From the NCBI GenBank assembly GCA_963712115.1, contig CAVQGX010000033.1, positions 64,001 to 128,000 of the forward strand: DNA of 64,000 nt, written 5' to 3'. The stretch is from an uncultured delta proteobacterium (GTDB taxonomy: Bacteria; Desulfobacterota; Syntrophobacteria; BM002). A model generated the notes under the pieces. The model did not search any database. It was given only the letters and a program-made list of their open reading frames with translations, and had not been told where the DNA came from. This document shows positions 21,824 through 32,054 of the stretch, in pieces. Position numbers and translations under genes: made by a program. Each line of letters opens with the position of its first letter. The first letter of the stretch is position 1.

Positions 21824-21988
21824 CTAACTCTTTTTGGAAGTCTGGACCATAAATTCGCTGATCTGCTGCTCTACCTTTCTTTTGCCACATTTAGGGCACT
21901 TTACCTTGCCCTTCTCATACTCGCTTATGGACATTATTACTTCAAAAGGCTTCTTGCAGTGCAAACATCTATACTCGTAAGTGGGCAT
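21824..21988 (-). CDS. FmdB family zinc-ribbon protein
   Basis: MPTYEYRCxxC...CPKCG; GGAGG RBS. Confidence 0.9.
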   Translation of the reverse strand: MPTYEYRCLHCKKPFEVIMSISEYEKGKVKCPKCGKRKVEQQISEFMVQTSKKS

Positions 21989-22133
21989 GGACGCACCTCC
22001 TGCCTTGTTCATTTCGAGCAAAGCATATTTTGCCTATTTTCTAAAGATTATAGCGAGCTGTGAAAGGGACTGTCAACGAACATCGGCATGACAATCGTGC
22101 AGTTGTGGTTAACAATAGCTTATATTTTAGGAA

Positions 22134-22910
22134 CTATGGCTTGTGGGCCGTCACTAGCATCCGTTTGCTAAGAAGCCCATAATCGCCAGGTTTAGGGTGG
22201 GAAACCAATGTACCGGCACAGCTAATCTGATTGAAGCCACTGCCGGCAAGCAACACTTCCAGCTCTTTGCGCCGAAAAAGGCGAGCGAAGTAAGTGACGT
22301 CCCTGATAAGCCCACGCCGCTTGCTTACAACCATTTCCCGGACCAAAACACCTTCGTCAAGCAGTTTTCGCTGTCGACAGACTACCACGTCTCTGGTGGC
22401 CTCATGCCAACTGCTAGGTTTGAATTGCTGGCGAGCGTACTCATTGTGCACTAAATCAAGAAGAAGCGTGCCTCCCGGTCTCAGCAAACGGCAGATTTCT
22501 TGGAGTATCCTCTGGTTCTGGCTGTCGTCCTCGAAGTATCCAAAGGAGTTTCCCATGACTAGCACCACATCGAAGATGGAGTCTGCCAGTCCGAGTTCGC
22601 AGGCATCGCCCCGACAGAAATATATGGAGCATCCCTTTTTTGCTGCATCTTTGAGGCCAACTCGCAAAAGTACCTGAGAGTAGTCCACTACGGTCATATT
22701 CTTGTAACCCCGTTTATATAGCTCTATGGCATGACGCCCCTGGCCGCCGCATAGGTCAAGGATTCGATCATCATAGTTGAGCCCAAGGGTGGCCTCAACC
22801 ATATCCACTTCAGCAGCAGTTGTTACCGGACAGCACACACTGCGGGCGTCAGTGACAAGATAGGTCTCATCAAAGATATACTGCCACCAAGTCGGATCAT
22901 AGCCATCCAT
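22134..22910 (-). CDS. class I SAM-dependent methyltransferase
   Basis: ILDLCGGQGRH, NSFGYF, LRPGG. Confidence 0.88.
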   Translation of the reverse strand: MDGYDPTWWQYIFDETYLVTDARSVCCPVTTAAEVDMVEATLGLNYDDRILDLCGGQGRHAIELYKRGYKNMTVVDYSQVLLRVGLKDAAKKGCSIYFCRGDACELGLADSIFDVVLVMGNSFGYFEDDSQNQRILQEICRLLRPGGTLLLDLVHNEYARQQFKPSSWHEATRDVVVCRQRKLLDEGVLVREMVVSKRRGLIRDVTYFARLFRRKELEVLLAGSGFNQISCAGTLVSHPKPGDYGLLSKRMLVTAHKP

Positions 22911-23374
22911 ATCTTGCCTCTCGAAATGAGTTCCTCAAATAATAAAAAAAATGTAGCCTTTCCGGTATTTATGCAGTGAACATGAAACCTAATCAACGTA
23001 TCTGCAGTTTTGAGATCTACAGATTTTCTATTCAAGCCATAGCACTTTAGCCGACATACTGAAACAGAAGCTAATTAGAAAGAAACCTTGGACCGATATA
23101 TCATGCGTACAACATCTTGTCACTTTAGGTTTTTGCAAATGCAGAATAAATCTTATCAGCCACTACTCTTCTTTTTCAACCAACAATATAGTGATGCCGT
23201 CTGTGGATCCCCGAGTCTGCGAAAGTGGCCAGCTTCCTTACAGCTTCTCATAATGGCGGGGGATTCTGCTTCAAGGGAGTGCAGCGAAGTTTCAATTTCT
23301 TGACAATACTGCAGTGTTATGCCAGATTTGCACTATTGGAGTAATCTCACCTAATTGCCGAGTCATTAACTCGC

Positions 23375-23527
23375 AAATATCCAGATCCGAATGCAACACG
23401 GAATCCAAATCCGGAGATCCGCGGACGAAATAAATCCAAATTATCCAAATCCTAATGACCAAAAGTGAGAACAATTCTATTTGTACAATTTCCTTTTGAA
23501 CATTGGAGAATTAGGATTTAGGATTTA
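23375..23527. repeat. imperfect palindromic intergenic element, second copy
   Basis: AAATCCAAATTATCCAAATCC...ACATTGGAG shared with 33705-33898. Confidence 0.65.
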
Positions 23528-23927
23528 TTATCTGCCGTTTTCGCCTCGATAATGGGTTGCGGAATTTGGTGAGAAGGCTCGTTTTTATGTTGAAGTAAAG
23601 AATGCAGGAGAGGGAACAGCGTATGATGTGCAGGTGACAAGTGTCACTGACGAACCTCAAATCTCTCTCAAAACAGGAGAGAAATCCGTCGATCTCTGCC
23701 AGGTGAAATATCCGAGTTCGCATGGCGGAAGCGGAAGGAGGGAAGATCCGTCACTGGCCATCACAAGCCGGGTCCGGTATGCCAGGGAGCAAAATGTTCC
23801 TTTGGAGCAGATCGAGCGGGCTGAGAGTTTAAACCAAATGATAGTGTAGGTCTTCAAAGGGTTGTGGACAAATCAGGTATGAAATTAAGAGAGGGTTTCT
23901 GTCTTCCGTATATCCTTTTTTAAGTGT

Positions 23928-24910
23928 TCATGCAATCCTCAAAGAGCAATTATGTCTTCTACGTAACCACATAGTGTTTTTCTTAATCTGCTCACGCCTA
24001 GTCAGTATCTCCCGCTCTCTGCGATAGTAAACATCAGCCGGTGTTACATTGTTCAGCGCTTCATGGTATCGATAGTTGTTGTAGTAGTCGACAAACCTCC
24101 CGATTTGATTTTCGAGTTCCAAGGGGCTGTGGTAATGCTCAAGCAACAACAGGTTTTTCATCGAACGGTGGTATCGCTCAATCTTCCCCTGTGTCATCGG
24201 GTGATACGGCTTGCCACGAATATGGTGGATCCCTTCTGCTTCGAGATATTCTCTTAGAGCTTTGGAAACATAGCAGGGGCCGTTATCCGAAAGCAGCCGG
24301 GGGCGATGCCATACGGTTGGATTCCTAGTACCGGTGAAACCGATGGCCGCCTCAATCGTTTGTTTCACCTCCTCGGCGGACATACCGGTACATAATTGCC
24401 AGGCAAGAATATATCGTGAATAATCATCCAGAATGTTGCACAGATAGTACCAGCCCCAGTGCACTACTTTGAACCAGGTAAAGTCCGTCTGCCACAGTTC
24501 ATTTGGCTCTTTGCTCGGATGCGGGAACTTATCCTGTGCCGTTATAACTGTATAGACTGGGCTGGTTACCAGATCATGGGCTTTTAGGATCCGGTATACC
24601 GATGACTCCGAGATATAAAAACCTTGTTTGTCGGTGATGTACCAAGCCAGCTCACGCGGTGACTTCTCAGGGTGCTCAAGAGCGATCTCAACCACACGCA
24701 GTCGCTCCCACGGCGGTATCTGGTTCCAGAACTGCTTCGGAGGTCGGTAGCGGTTCGCCAGTGCCTGGTAACCTCCCTCCTGGTACCTGCGATACCATTT
24801 GTAAAACGTGCTCCGGTTGATGTTGAACTCGACAAGGTGTGCTTTACACTGAGCGGTGATTGCTCTACCACCCGGATGATTTCCATCTTTTCTGATTGGC
24901 TGTAGGGCAT
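23928..24910 (-). pseudogene. transposase orfB (rve integrase core), frameshifted near the N-terminus
   Basis: WQTDFT, LSDNG, QGKIERYH DDE motifs; N-terminus MPYSQSEKMEII lies in another frame. Confidence 0.85.
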
Positions 24911-24924
24911 GTAGCGCCTCCACT

Positions 24925-25261
24925 TCAATCCAGACCACTCAGACTTTTTTTCAGCACCCGGTTGCGCAAACTCAATTCGGCTACAAGCTGTTGAGCTGCT
25001 CGTTCTCTGCGAAGCTCAGCCACCTCGCGGCGTGCTGCTCTCGGGAGTATCGCCCTGCAAACGTGCCTGCGTTCCTCCAGAAACGCTTTGCTCCCACATA
25101 GTCTGGGCAATACCTCCTCTGCGGCAGAGTGGCAAGCTCTCTTCACCCTTTAGGCCTTCCAGAATGATTCTGATTTTTTCTTCTGAGTTGAATTTTCGGC
25201 GGGTTTTTCGCTTGATCTCACGAACAACAGATTCAGGGCTCTGGTTGGTTTTAGGTTTCAT
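24925..25261 (-). pseudogene. transposase orfA (HTH), frameshifted
   Basis: RRKFNSEEKIRIILEGLKGEES in one frame, SKAFLE...LVAELSLRNRVLKKSL in another. Confidence 0.8.
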
Positions 25262-25350
25262 TTCTTACTCCTCTCACAGCAGATGTTATTACCTAAAACC
25301 GTCTCTTATTTCATCCCCTGAATCTGTCCACTTTCCTCTGAAACGCTGCA

Positions 25351-25571
25351 GACAACGAAAATCCGTGTATCAAATTGGACCAACCCGGATTCATCTGGAC
25401 AAGGTTGAAGGCCTTGGTGAGTTTCTGGAACTCGAGGTGGTGCTCAAACCTGACCAGACTTTGTCACAGGGCAAGGAGAGTGCACGTCAAATCATGGAGA
25501 CACTGGACTTGGAACCCGAGCATTTAGTCAGCGAGGCGTATATCGATTTGCTGGAGCACAGAACGAAATAG
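25351..25571 (+). pseudogene. C-terminal fragment of a class IV adenylate cyclase/CYTH protein
   Basis: YQIGPTRIHLDKVEGLGEFLELEVVL...AYIDLL; begins at the IS end. Confidence 0.8.
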
Positions 25572-25601
25572 CGAACTTCTACGCTAATAATTCAGGTGTT
25601 T

Positions 25602-26543
25602 TTAGAAATAGATGGGAAAAATAAGGGCCGTAACCCGCTGGTCTTGGGAGTTGCTGCCATTCGTTGCTGCGCTGGCCTGAGCCTCTACCCGAAAGGAAGG
25701 GGCACTGCTGAGTCCCCACTTTTCTATACCCGAGACAACACCCTGCGAAAGGGATACCTGGTTCACGCAGGAGTGATCTGGGACTGATTTGAATTTTGGA
25801 ATGAAGCAGGGGAAATCACTGGAGGGTACGGTATACTCGACCCGCATCCTCTTTAGCGCTGTAGATTTGCCTCCCGCTTGACTTCTTTCTTCCCTTGGCT
25901 TGTTCATCCTGCGGAAAAATACTGCACAGCTAATCTCCAGTTCAGTAGCAATCATTCTTCTCACCACCGCCTCGGGAGATGCCTCATATTTTTCCGCGAG
26001 GGGATAAACGCTCTTCACGGAATAGCCATGGTAGACTACATCTCGGGCAAACCAATCCATGGGCATTAGCATTTCCGAAGCAGCAAGGTTGCACAACGAT
26101 TCCAACTCCAAGTGGTAATGTTCTGCCCTGCCCGTTTGCTTCCTCATTCTGACAATCTCAAAACAGTCTGGAAATAACGTGTGGGCTATTTCGTGGCAGA
26201 TAGTGAAATGCTGCCTGGTCTTCGGCAGTCCTTGATTAACTATGATTTCCAGCTGACCTTCGCCGTTGGCGCGAAGCACGCCGTCAGTACCAGGACTGAG
26301 GTTTTTCTCCTTTACACGGATTCCGAGGATAGAAGCCAGAATCTTCGGGTCATATGGCGGGCCTGACCAGCCTAATCTCCTTGCATAGTCAATTAGATCA
26401 TTCGCCCGTTTACGAATGATTTGCCTTGGGCACAGGACTGCACCACATTTCTCCAGAAGAGCCAGTACAGATGGATGCCGCCACTGTTCTGTTCTTAGAT
26501 GAGCTGGTATTAGACCGTTTCGTTCCTTGAAAGCCTTATCCAA
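25602..26543 (-). CDS. ImmA/IrrE family zinc metallopeptidase, CapP/IrrE-like (peptidase + HTH + probable GAF)
   Basis: RQHFTICHEIAH, ExLCNLAASEMLMP, LAEKYEASPEAVVRR, extra ~100-aa C-terminal domain. Confidence 0.85.
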   Translation of the reverse strand: MDKAFKERNGLIPAHLRTEQWRHPSVLALLEKCGAVLCPRQIIRKRANDLIDYARRLGWSGPPYDPKILASILGIRVKEKNLSPGTDGVLRANGEGQLEIIVNQGLPKTRQHFTICHEIAHTLFPDCFEIVRMRKQTGRAEHYHLELESLCNLAASEMLMPMDWFARDVVYHGYSVKSVYPLAEKYEASPEAVVRRMIATELEISCAVFFRRMNKPREERSQAGGKSTALKRMRVEYTVPSSDFPCFIPKFKSVPDHSCVNQVSLSQGVVSGIEKWGLSSAPSFRVEAQASAATNGSNSQDQRVTALIFPIYF

Positions 26544-26601
26544 TTTCTCGTCGTGCTTGTCCTGAGCTTGTCGAAGGGCTGCCCGCTGTCAGCTGCCGGC
26601 T

Positions 26602-27014
26602 TCAGCTGCCAGCTGTTTCCCTCTTCTTTATTCTCTGGTCGGCCACGTAAGCGTAGTAGCGCTTTCCTGGTTTCTCTCCCCGGAATCTTATTCTGGCAAG
26701 ATCGAGGAGAATATCTTCGGGAATGGGTTTTCCCTGCTTGTGTCGTTCTTTCGCGAGCTCCAGCAAATCCTGGTCGATGTCGGCCGGTAGTAGTCCTTTT
26801 TCAGGACAATGGGCTTGGTCTCGCCCATGAGTTGGGAGCTGGTGGTGCCCAACACCTCAGCGAAACGGTAGATGGTCTCAGCCGAAGTGGCAATTTCTCG
26901 TTTGATAATCTTGGTTAGGTTGCCCTCGGTTACACCGCTCTTTTGGCCAGCTCGCCAGGGTCCAGCCCTTGATGACGAGGAGGTTCTTGATCCTCCACCG
27001 AGCTCTTCCGCAAT
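26602..27014 (-). pseudogene. frameshifted XRE-family HTH repressor, CapH/DdrO-like
   Basis: manual translation across indels: ELGxRIKNLLVIKGWTLxELAKKSGVTEGNLTKIIKREIATSAETIYRFAEVLGTTSSQLMGE...IPEDILLDLARIRFRGEKP. Confidence 0.78.
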
Positions 27015-27179
27015 CTATGATCTGGCAGAATCACCGTGAAGGTTGAGTACCACAGTTTATTTCTTTTTTACAAGTCATTTTTAAAAAATTCCATATATGC
27101 AATTTTATCTTGACATTTCATTTACCCTAATGACCATCTCGGTCGACCAGAATAAATCGTCCAAAAGGACTCATTCACC

Positions 27180-27203
27180 GGGAGGGGATAAACCCCTCCC
27201 TAC
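27180..27203. repeat. GTAG-type REP hairpin
   Basis: reverse strand GTAGGGAGGGGTTTATCCCCTCCC. Confidence 0.55.
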
Positions 27204-27240
27204 GTTTTGATTTCAGGCACTTATCTTTGGGTGAAACACG

Positions 27241-28804
27241 ATGGCACTGGAGGTATTCCAGACTTTTTACACCTCTTTGCATGATCATTTCAATGCTTTT
27301 ATCAAAGGGATTTATATCAGTCTGCCAGATGGGGTGAGTAGCCAGAGGGTTAAGACGGATCTTTGCTTCCACTTCGGAGAGATTTTCCGGGAGATCATAA
27401 CCTACGATCCCTATAACGGACTCACCAGGATTCAAGCTGGAAACGTTGACTCGAGCGGCAGAAAAAAGACATCTGCGAGTGCAGAACGGATCGATTTCCT
27501 CACTCTGTTAGGGCGGCTTGGAAATCAGATTACAGGTTCTAAACACAGATTACTTGTGTTGTTAGATGGTGTGGACAACTACCTCAACGAAGATGTTGTA
27601 AGTTTGAGACTGGCAGAGATATTGAGTCGGAGGAGTTTCGGGTACACACTCACATTTATGGGCTTCAAGGACTTCCCTCGCTACGATCCCCTACCTAGGC
27701 TTAATCTCCACGAAATCCCTTACCCAAGTCCATGCAAGGCCAGTCTCTGCAAAATGGTGCGCTCCGGCCTTGAGGCCATCTCTATAGAGGGACAGAAATC
27801 AATTGATCTGGACAGGTTGGAGGCGGACCGCGGCCAGTCTTTTTGGTTGCCCTTCACTGGCGGTTGCCGAAGATATCTTTAATCTGGCTTACTCGGAAGA
27901 AATAGGTTTCGATCCCTCCTCTGTCGGAAAGCTGAAGCTAGGCAAGATTGTGTCGAAGATTCCGGGAATTACTATTCGATCTCCCATTGACTTGCCGTCT
28001 ATGGACCAGGTTGCCGGCTATTCCCATCTGAAGTCCTACTGTGAGATGCGAAAAGAAGTGTTCTTTAAGGAAAACGGTAAAATCAGATTACATGGCATAT
28101 GTCTCATGGGTCCTCCCGGCACAGGAAAGACACTTTTTGCCCAAGCCCTTGCTCACCAATGGCAGATACCTTACTGCAATCTTCACATGACTTTCCTCAG
28201 CAGATTTCTTGGCTCCAGCGAAAGAAATCTCGAGCGAATCCTGCGGATGCTCATAGATTTTGGCGGACCTGTGCTCTTTCACCTGGATGAATTGTCCAGA
28301 CTCTTCGGAACAGTTCAAGCTGACTCCCATGAAGTGACAAGGCGAATCGTGGCCATGTTACTTAACTTCTTGGAATCACCTGATTCAACCCACGTTTACA
28401 CGATTGGAACTATGAACACCCTCGAGTTAGACGCAGCACTGCTAAGACGTTTCGATGACGTCTTTTATGTAAGTTTGCCGGACAAATCCCACCGCAAGGA
28501 ACTCTTCGAGTGTTTTGCCAGGAAGTACGCGGTCAAGCTTCCCAATGATATTTCTGTCTACAGTGTTTCGCGGGGCATGGTGGGCAGTGAGATTGAACGC
28601 ACAGTTAAGGACCTGAAGATTGAATCAATGAGCAAGGGGACTCAGCCCTCATCCCTTGATCTGATGCGAATCCTTAGAAACAGACCGGCATTGGCTACAC
28701 TCTTTTCCAGCCTGCATGAGATAGAAGAGATGGCTTTACAGGCAGGTTTTCGTCGCGCCTCCCAGGCCGTTACAGCCTTCCATACTGATCCAGAACAGTA
28801 TTGA
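27241..28804 (+). pseudogene. Ycf46-like AAA+ ATPase split by one frameshift near 27825
   Basis: GPPGTGKT, LFHLDE, TMN, ALLRRFD; degenerate N-terminal NTPase-like half (LLVLLDGVDNYL); span is 1564 nt, so removing one base gives 520 aa. Confidence 0.75.
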
Positions 28805-29598
28805 TTACAAAATTGGCCGATTTTCAACAACTGTCTCATAGAGAGCGAAAAGACTCCTTACACGAGTATCAGGGTGGTCTGCCACCAATTAGCACTGGAA
28901 AAAGCTGCTACGTAATGGCCTGGCAGTGAAAGAAAGTTCTTCAGAGCATATTCCCCTGTAACCAAAGAAGAGATCCTAGGAGATCTATGTGAAGCTGTCA
29001 GAGGATTGAAGAGGGCAGGGCACTTCACGGAATTAACCGACTCTTGGACAATATTTACTGTCTAGAAAGCTGCGAAGAATCAGAAGGGGAGACTGCCACA
29101 TTTTCAGAATAGCTTACGTCAAAATCCACACAAAGGGGTAAGAGCGGTGCTGGCTGCAGTAATCATGGTTCTGCCGGAGAGCAGCACGTATAGATGTGGG
29201 CTGCTTGGTCCGTGTTTCTTTGTCTATGAGCACGGAGCTTGGTTTTGTGAGGGATTGAAGCTCTAACTTGCTGGCGAGAACCGCCGCGGCAATCACGTTC
29301 ACCTTTTTAGGATCATAGATAACACGATTTGCAGAGACTCTTTGAAAAGGACGATTTCGACAAAGGTGTTCCTCAGAGCCAATCAGCAAGAAGAGGGCAC
29401 CACGAACTCTTCATTGCAGAGATCTGACACAGAGCTGCGAATGATAAGGAGCGCCAGGGTTTCCCGTGCGTAGAATCTTGTCGAGCGCCAAAGAGTTTAG
29501 TTTGGACAGAGGCAAATGCAGACGAAGAGCCAAGAACTCAGTCTTTCGAAGATTTGCTGCGACGAGAAACATCAAGACACAAACTGAAGGAGGATGTC

Positions 29599-29732
29599 AT
29601 GTCGACAAAAAGGACCATCAGGACACGTCTTTATGCGGAGGATTTACCGCTGATCTGGAGACATTGGAAAAGAAAGGCTACGATTATTGGTGCAACTCAA
29701 GAATAGGGGGCTTCCAGCGCAATTTGACCTAG
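29599..29732 (+). pseudogene. small frameshifted ORF, possibly DUF1257/Ycf35-like N-terminus
   Basis: AAGGAGG RBS, MSTKRTIRTRLYAEDLPLI / LETLEKKGY. Confidence 0.35.
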
Positions 29733-29848
29733 TGGTCAAGGTAAATGGGAAGATTCTGGGATTATCGAAAACTGGGCAGGGAGATGAGTCGTATTAAAAA
29801 AAAAAAAAAAACGCGCAGCAACGGAATACAGGATTTAGAACGAGCGGC

Positions 29849-30650
29849 AAAGCAGGTACAGGATTTAGGTGAGCCATGATCAAAATCTAAATTGAGCTCC
29901 AGACCCAAATGGGGCTGCAACCGCCTCCAGGCCAGCTTACCAAGTTCCTGCGTGATTCGCTGATACTCCCAACCGCCCGGACTCCCAAGATTCCACTCAG
30001 AGTGATAGCCCAAATGATATTTGAATGAAAAGTATGATTAAATATGAGAATTGATTGAAGAATTTAGTTTGATGGATATAATAAAGTTATGAATGGTAAT
30101 TGAGCGAATAATGAGATAAAAAAAAGTGTAAAATAAAATTAAAAATTTGAATGAATGTGATATAGAAGTTTGAAAATAAAATGGGGAAGATGTATTAAAA
30201 GAAAGAATGTGATAAAATAAAAAAAAATTAAAGAAGGAAGAAAAAGAACTCTTCCACAGATACCTCCCTATTTAGTGACATGCGTGTTAGCTTATCAGGT
30301 TAATACCATTCGAATAAAAAAAAAAAATAAAAAGGAAAAAATAAAAAAAAAAAAAAAAAAAAAAAAAAAATGAAAAAATAAAAAAATAAAAATAAAAAAA
30401 CTAGAGAAATAAATAAAAAAATAAATAAAAAGAATAAAATGAAAATTAAAAAAAATAAAAATGAAAAAATAAAAATTAATAAATAATTTCGACCCTGCAC
30501 CGAATACCAGTCCGCCTCGGCTAAAGCAGGTACAGGATTTAGGTAGCCATGATCAAAATCTAAATTGATCTCAGACCCAAATGGGGCTGCAACCGCCTCC
30601 AGGCCAGCTTCCAATTCCGCGTGATTCGCCGAACTACCATCCGCCCGGAC
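29849..30650. repeat. ~130-bp direct duplication (29849-29982 and 30523-30650) around an A-rich low-complexity tract
   Basis: copies differ mostly by single-base indels; long poly-A runs at 30315-30480. Confidence 0.8.
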
Positions 30651-31964
30651 CTCGCGATGGCGGGTGGGTCGAAACAAGCTCTTTGTATTATATCAATCAA
30701 AGAACTACCGTCATATTTGAATACAAATATATCAGACAACACACTTGCAAGAGTAAATGCAGTTAGAAAAAAAACAAAATAATTTATTTTACTTTGTATT
30801 TTGTTCGATTTTTGCTGTGCCTTTTGCTCTAACTGTGTGTAATAATAATTGAAACGCGTACTTAATGTTTCAAATTTACTATTAAGACTATTCACAGTTG
30901 TCTGCGTATCCCATGTATTATAGATTCCATCGCAGACCTTCTTCTCGTCATCCACGCCGGCAAAATTCTGTGGTAATATCTCATAAGTAATTACATTGAT
31001 AGATAATTCAATGCGACGTATGGCTTCCAGCACCGTACGTATACCGTCGGGATCAAACGTTTGTTCCTCCTTGCTCAGAGAAAGAGCCCAGTCATAAAGG
31101 TATTTCTCAAGATCCCGGGCCATCGTGTAGTGATCTGTAATAAACTGCCAGAGATTCATAAGCCAAGTTTCTTGGTCGTCATTGGATACAATTGCGATGT
31201 GTCCATCATAACCTTCAGCGAGGTAAATTATGCCATTACTAAAATCATTATATTTCCTTGCCGACGAACCCGCAAAGCCTACTAGCCCTTTCTCGAGATT
31301 TCCTGGCTCGAACTTCAGATCACTTTCTTCATCGAATGAAAGTAGAGCACCTGTTCCGACAACTCTAGTTGGATTTCGTCCTTTAGCCCCGCGGAACAAG
31401 AAACCACAGAAATATATAATGATCACTTCTAAATTCAGCTTTCCTAATTCGAACATTCATTTATCAATGCGGAGTTTAGTCCACCTCCACCTGAACTACC
31501 ATTTTCCGTTAGATTTTCAAATCTCCAAGCAGCAAGCCAAGACGTTCAATCCCTCCTTCTTCTTCAAGTTCGCCTTTTATAAGGAAATTGATGCTCCCTA
31601 CACCATGGTCAAAATAAACAACGTTTTCTCTTATGTTTTCGGAGTCAAGCTTGAATCCAACGCACTCAGATTTCACTTTCTCATGAGTGATGACCTCTCG
31701 CATTATTCCTGTTGGTCCCACTAGCGTTCCAAGCAAATATCCATGTTTGGCTTGAAGAGACAAGGGGAATTGTTTGTCGAATTCCTCCGCTGACCACCGG
31801 TACCCTGTAAACTTCTCGCTATTGTTGAGTACTTTAGCGATATAATTCAATTTACGAAGTTGGTGAATCTGGTTGTCAGAATATTCGATTGAGCACCCTA
31901 AAGAGAAATGGAATGTTAAGAAAAACTTGAATTTTGTTGAAAGGCTAATATGCTCGATACTCAT
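30560..31964 (-). pseudogene. AT-rich gene split into two ORFs; C-terminal coiled coil and TM segment, weakly CorA-like
   Basis: AAGGAG RBS at 31964; YFDHGVGSI; SNKIQSKINYFVFFLTAFTLASVLSDIF. Confidence 0.45.
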
Positions 31965-32054
31965 AATTGCCTTCTCCTTGCCAGCTTAGTCTTTAAAGTA
32001 AGTTATCCCTTAGATACATTATTATCTTTGCACGTTACTATTGGGCAAAATCTG

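Larger units (their letters stand above)
23845..25350 (-). mobile_element. degenerate IS3/IS481-type insertion sequence (~1.5 kb)
   Basis: imperfect TIRs TGTAGGTCTTCAAAGGGTTGTGGACAAAT (23845) and TGCAGCGTTTCAGAGGAAAGTGGACAGAT (25350, minus strand) enclosing orfA and orfB; no target duplication seen. Confidence 0.85.

Noticed and set aside
23310-23325. Sigma-54 promoter on the minus strand (TGGCATAACACTGCA)
   Set aside because: GG-to-GC spacing is 9 nt rather than the required 10
25032-25571. Single 179-aa CDS
   Set aside because: Chimera of antisense IS sequence and the CYTH fragment
26553-26918. 121-aa plus-strand ORF
   Set aside because: Antisense shadow of the frameshifted HTH repressor
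29849-30650. Diversity-generating retroelement TR/VR pair
   Set aside because: Differences are mainly indels rather than adenine-specific substitutions, and no reverse transcriptase is present in the window
30300-30677. Phe-rich 125-aa membrane protein ORF
   Set aside because: It is the translation of a poly-A/T low-complexity tract that is probably artefactual
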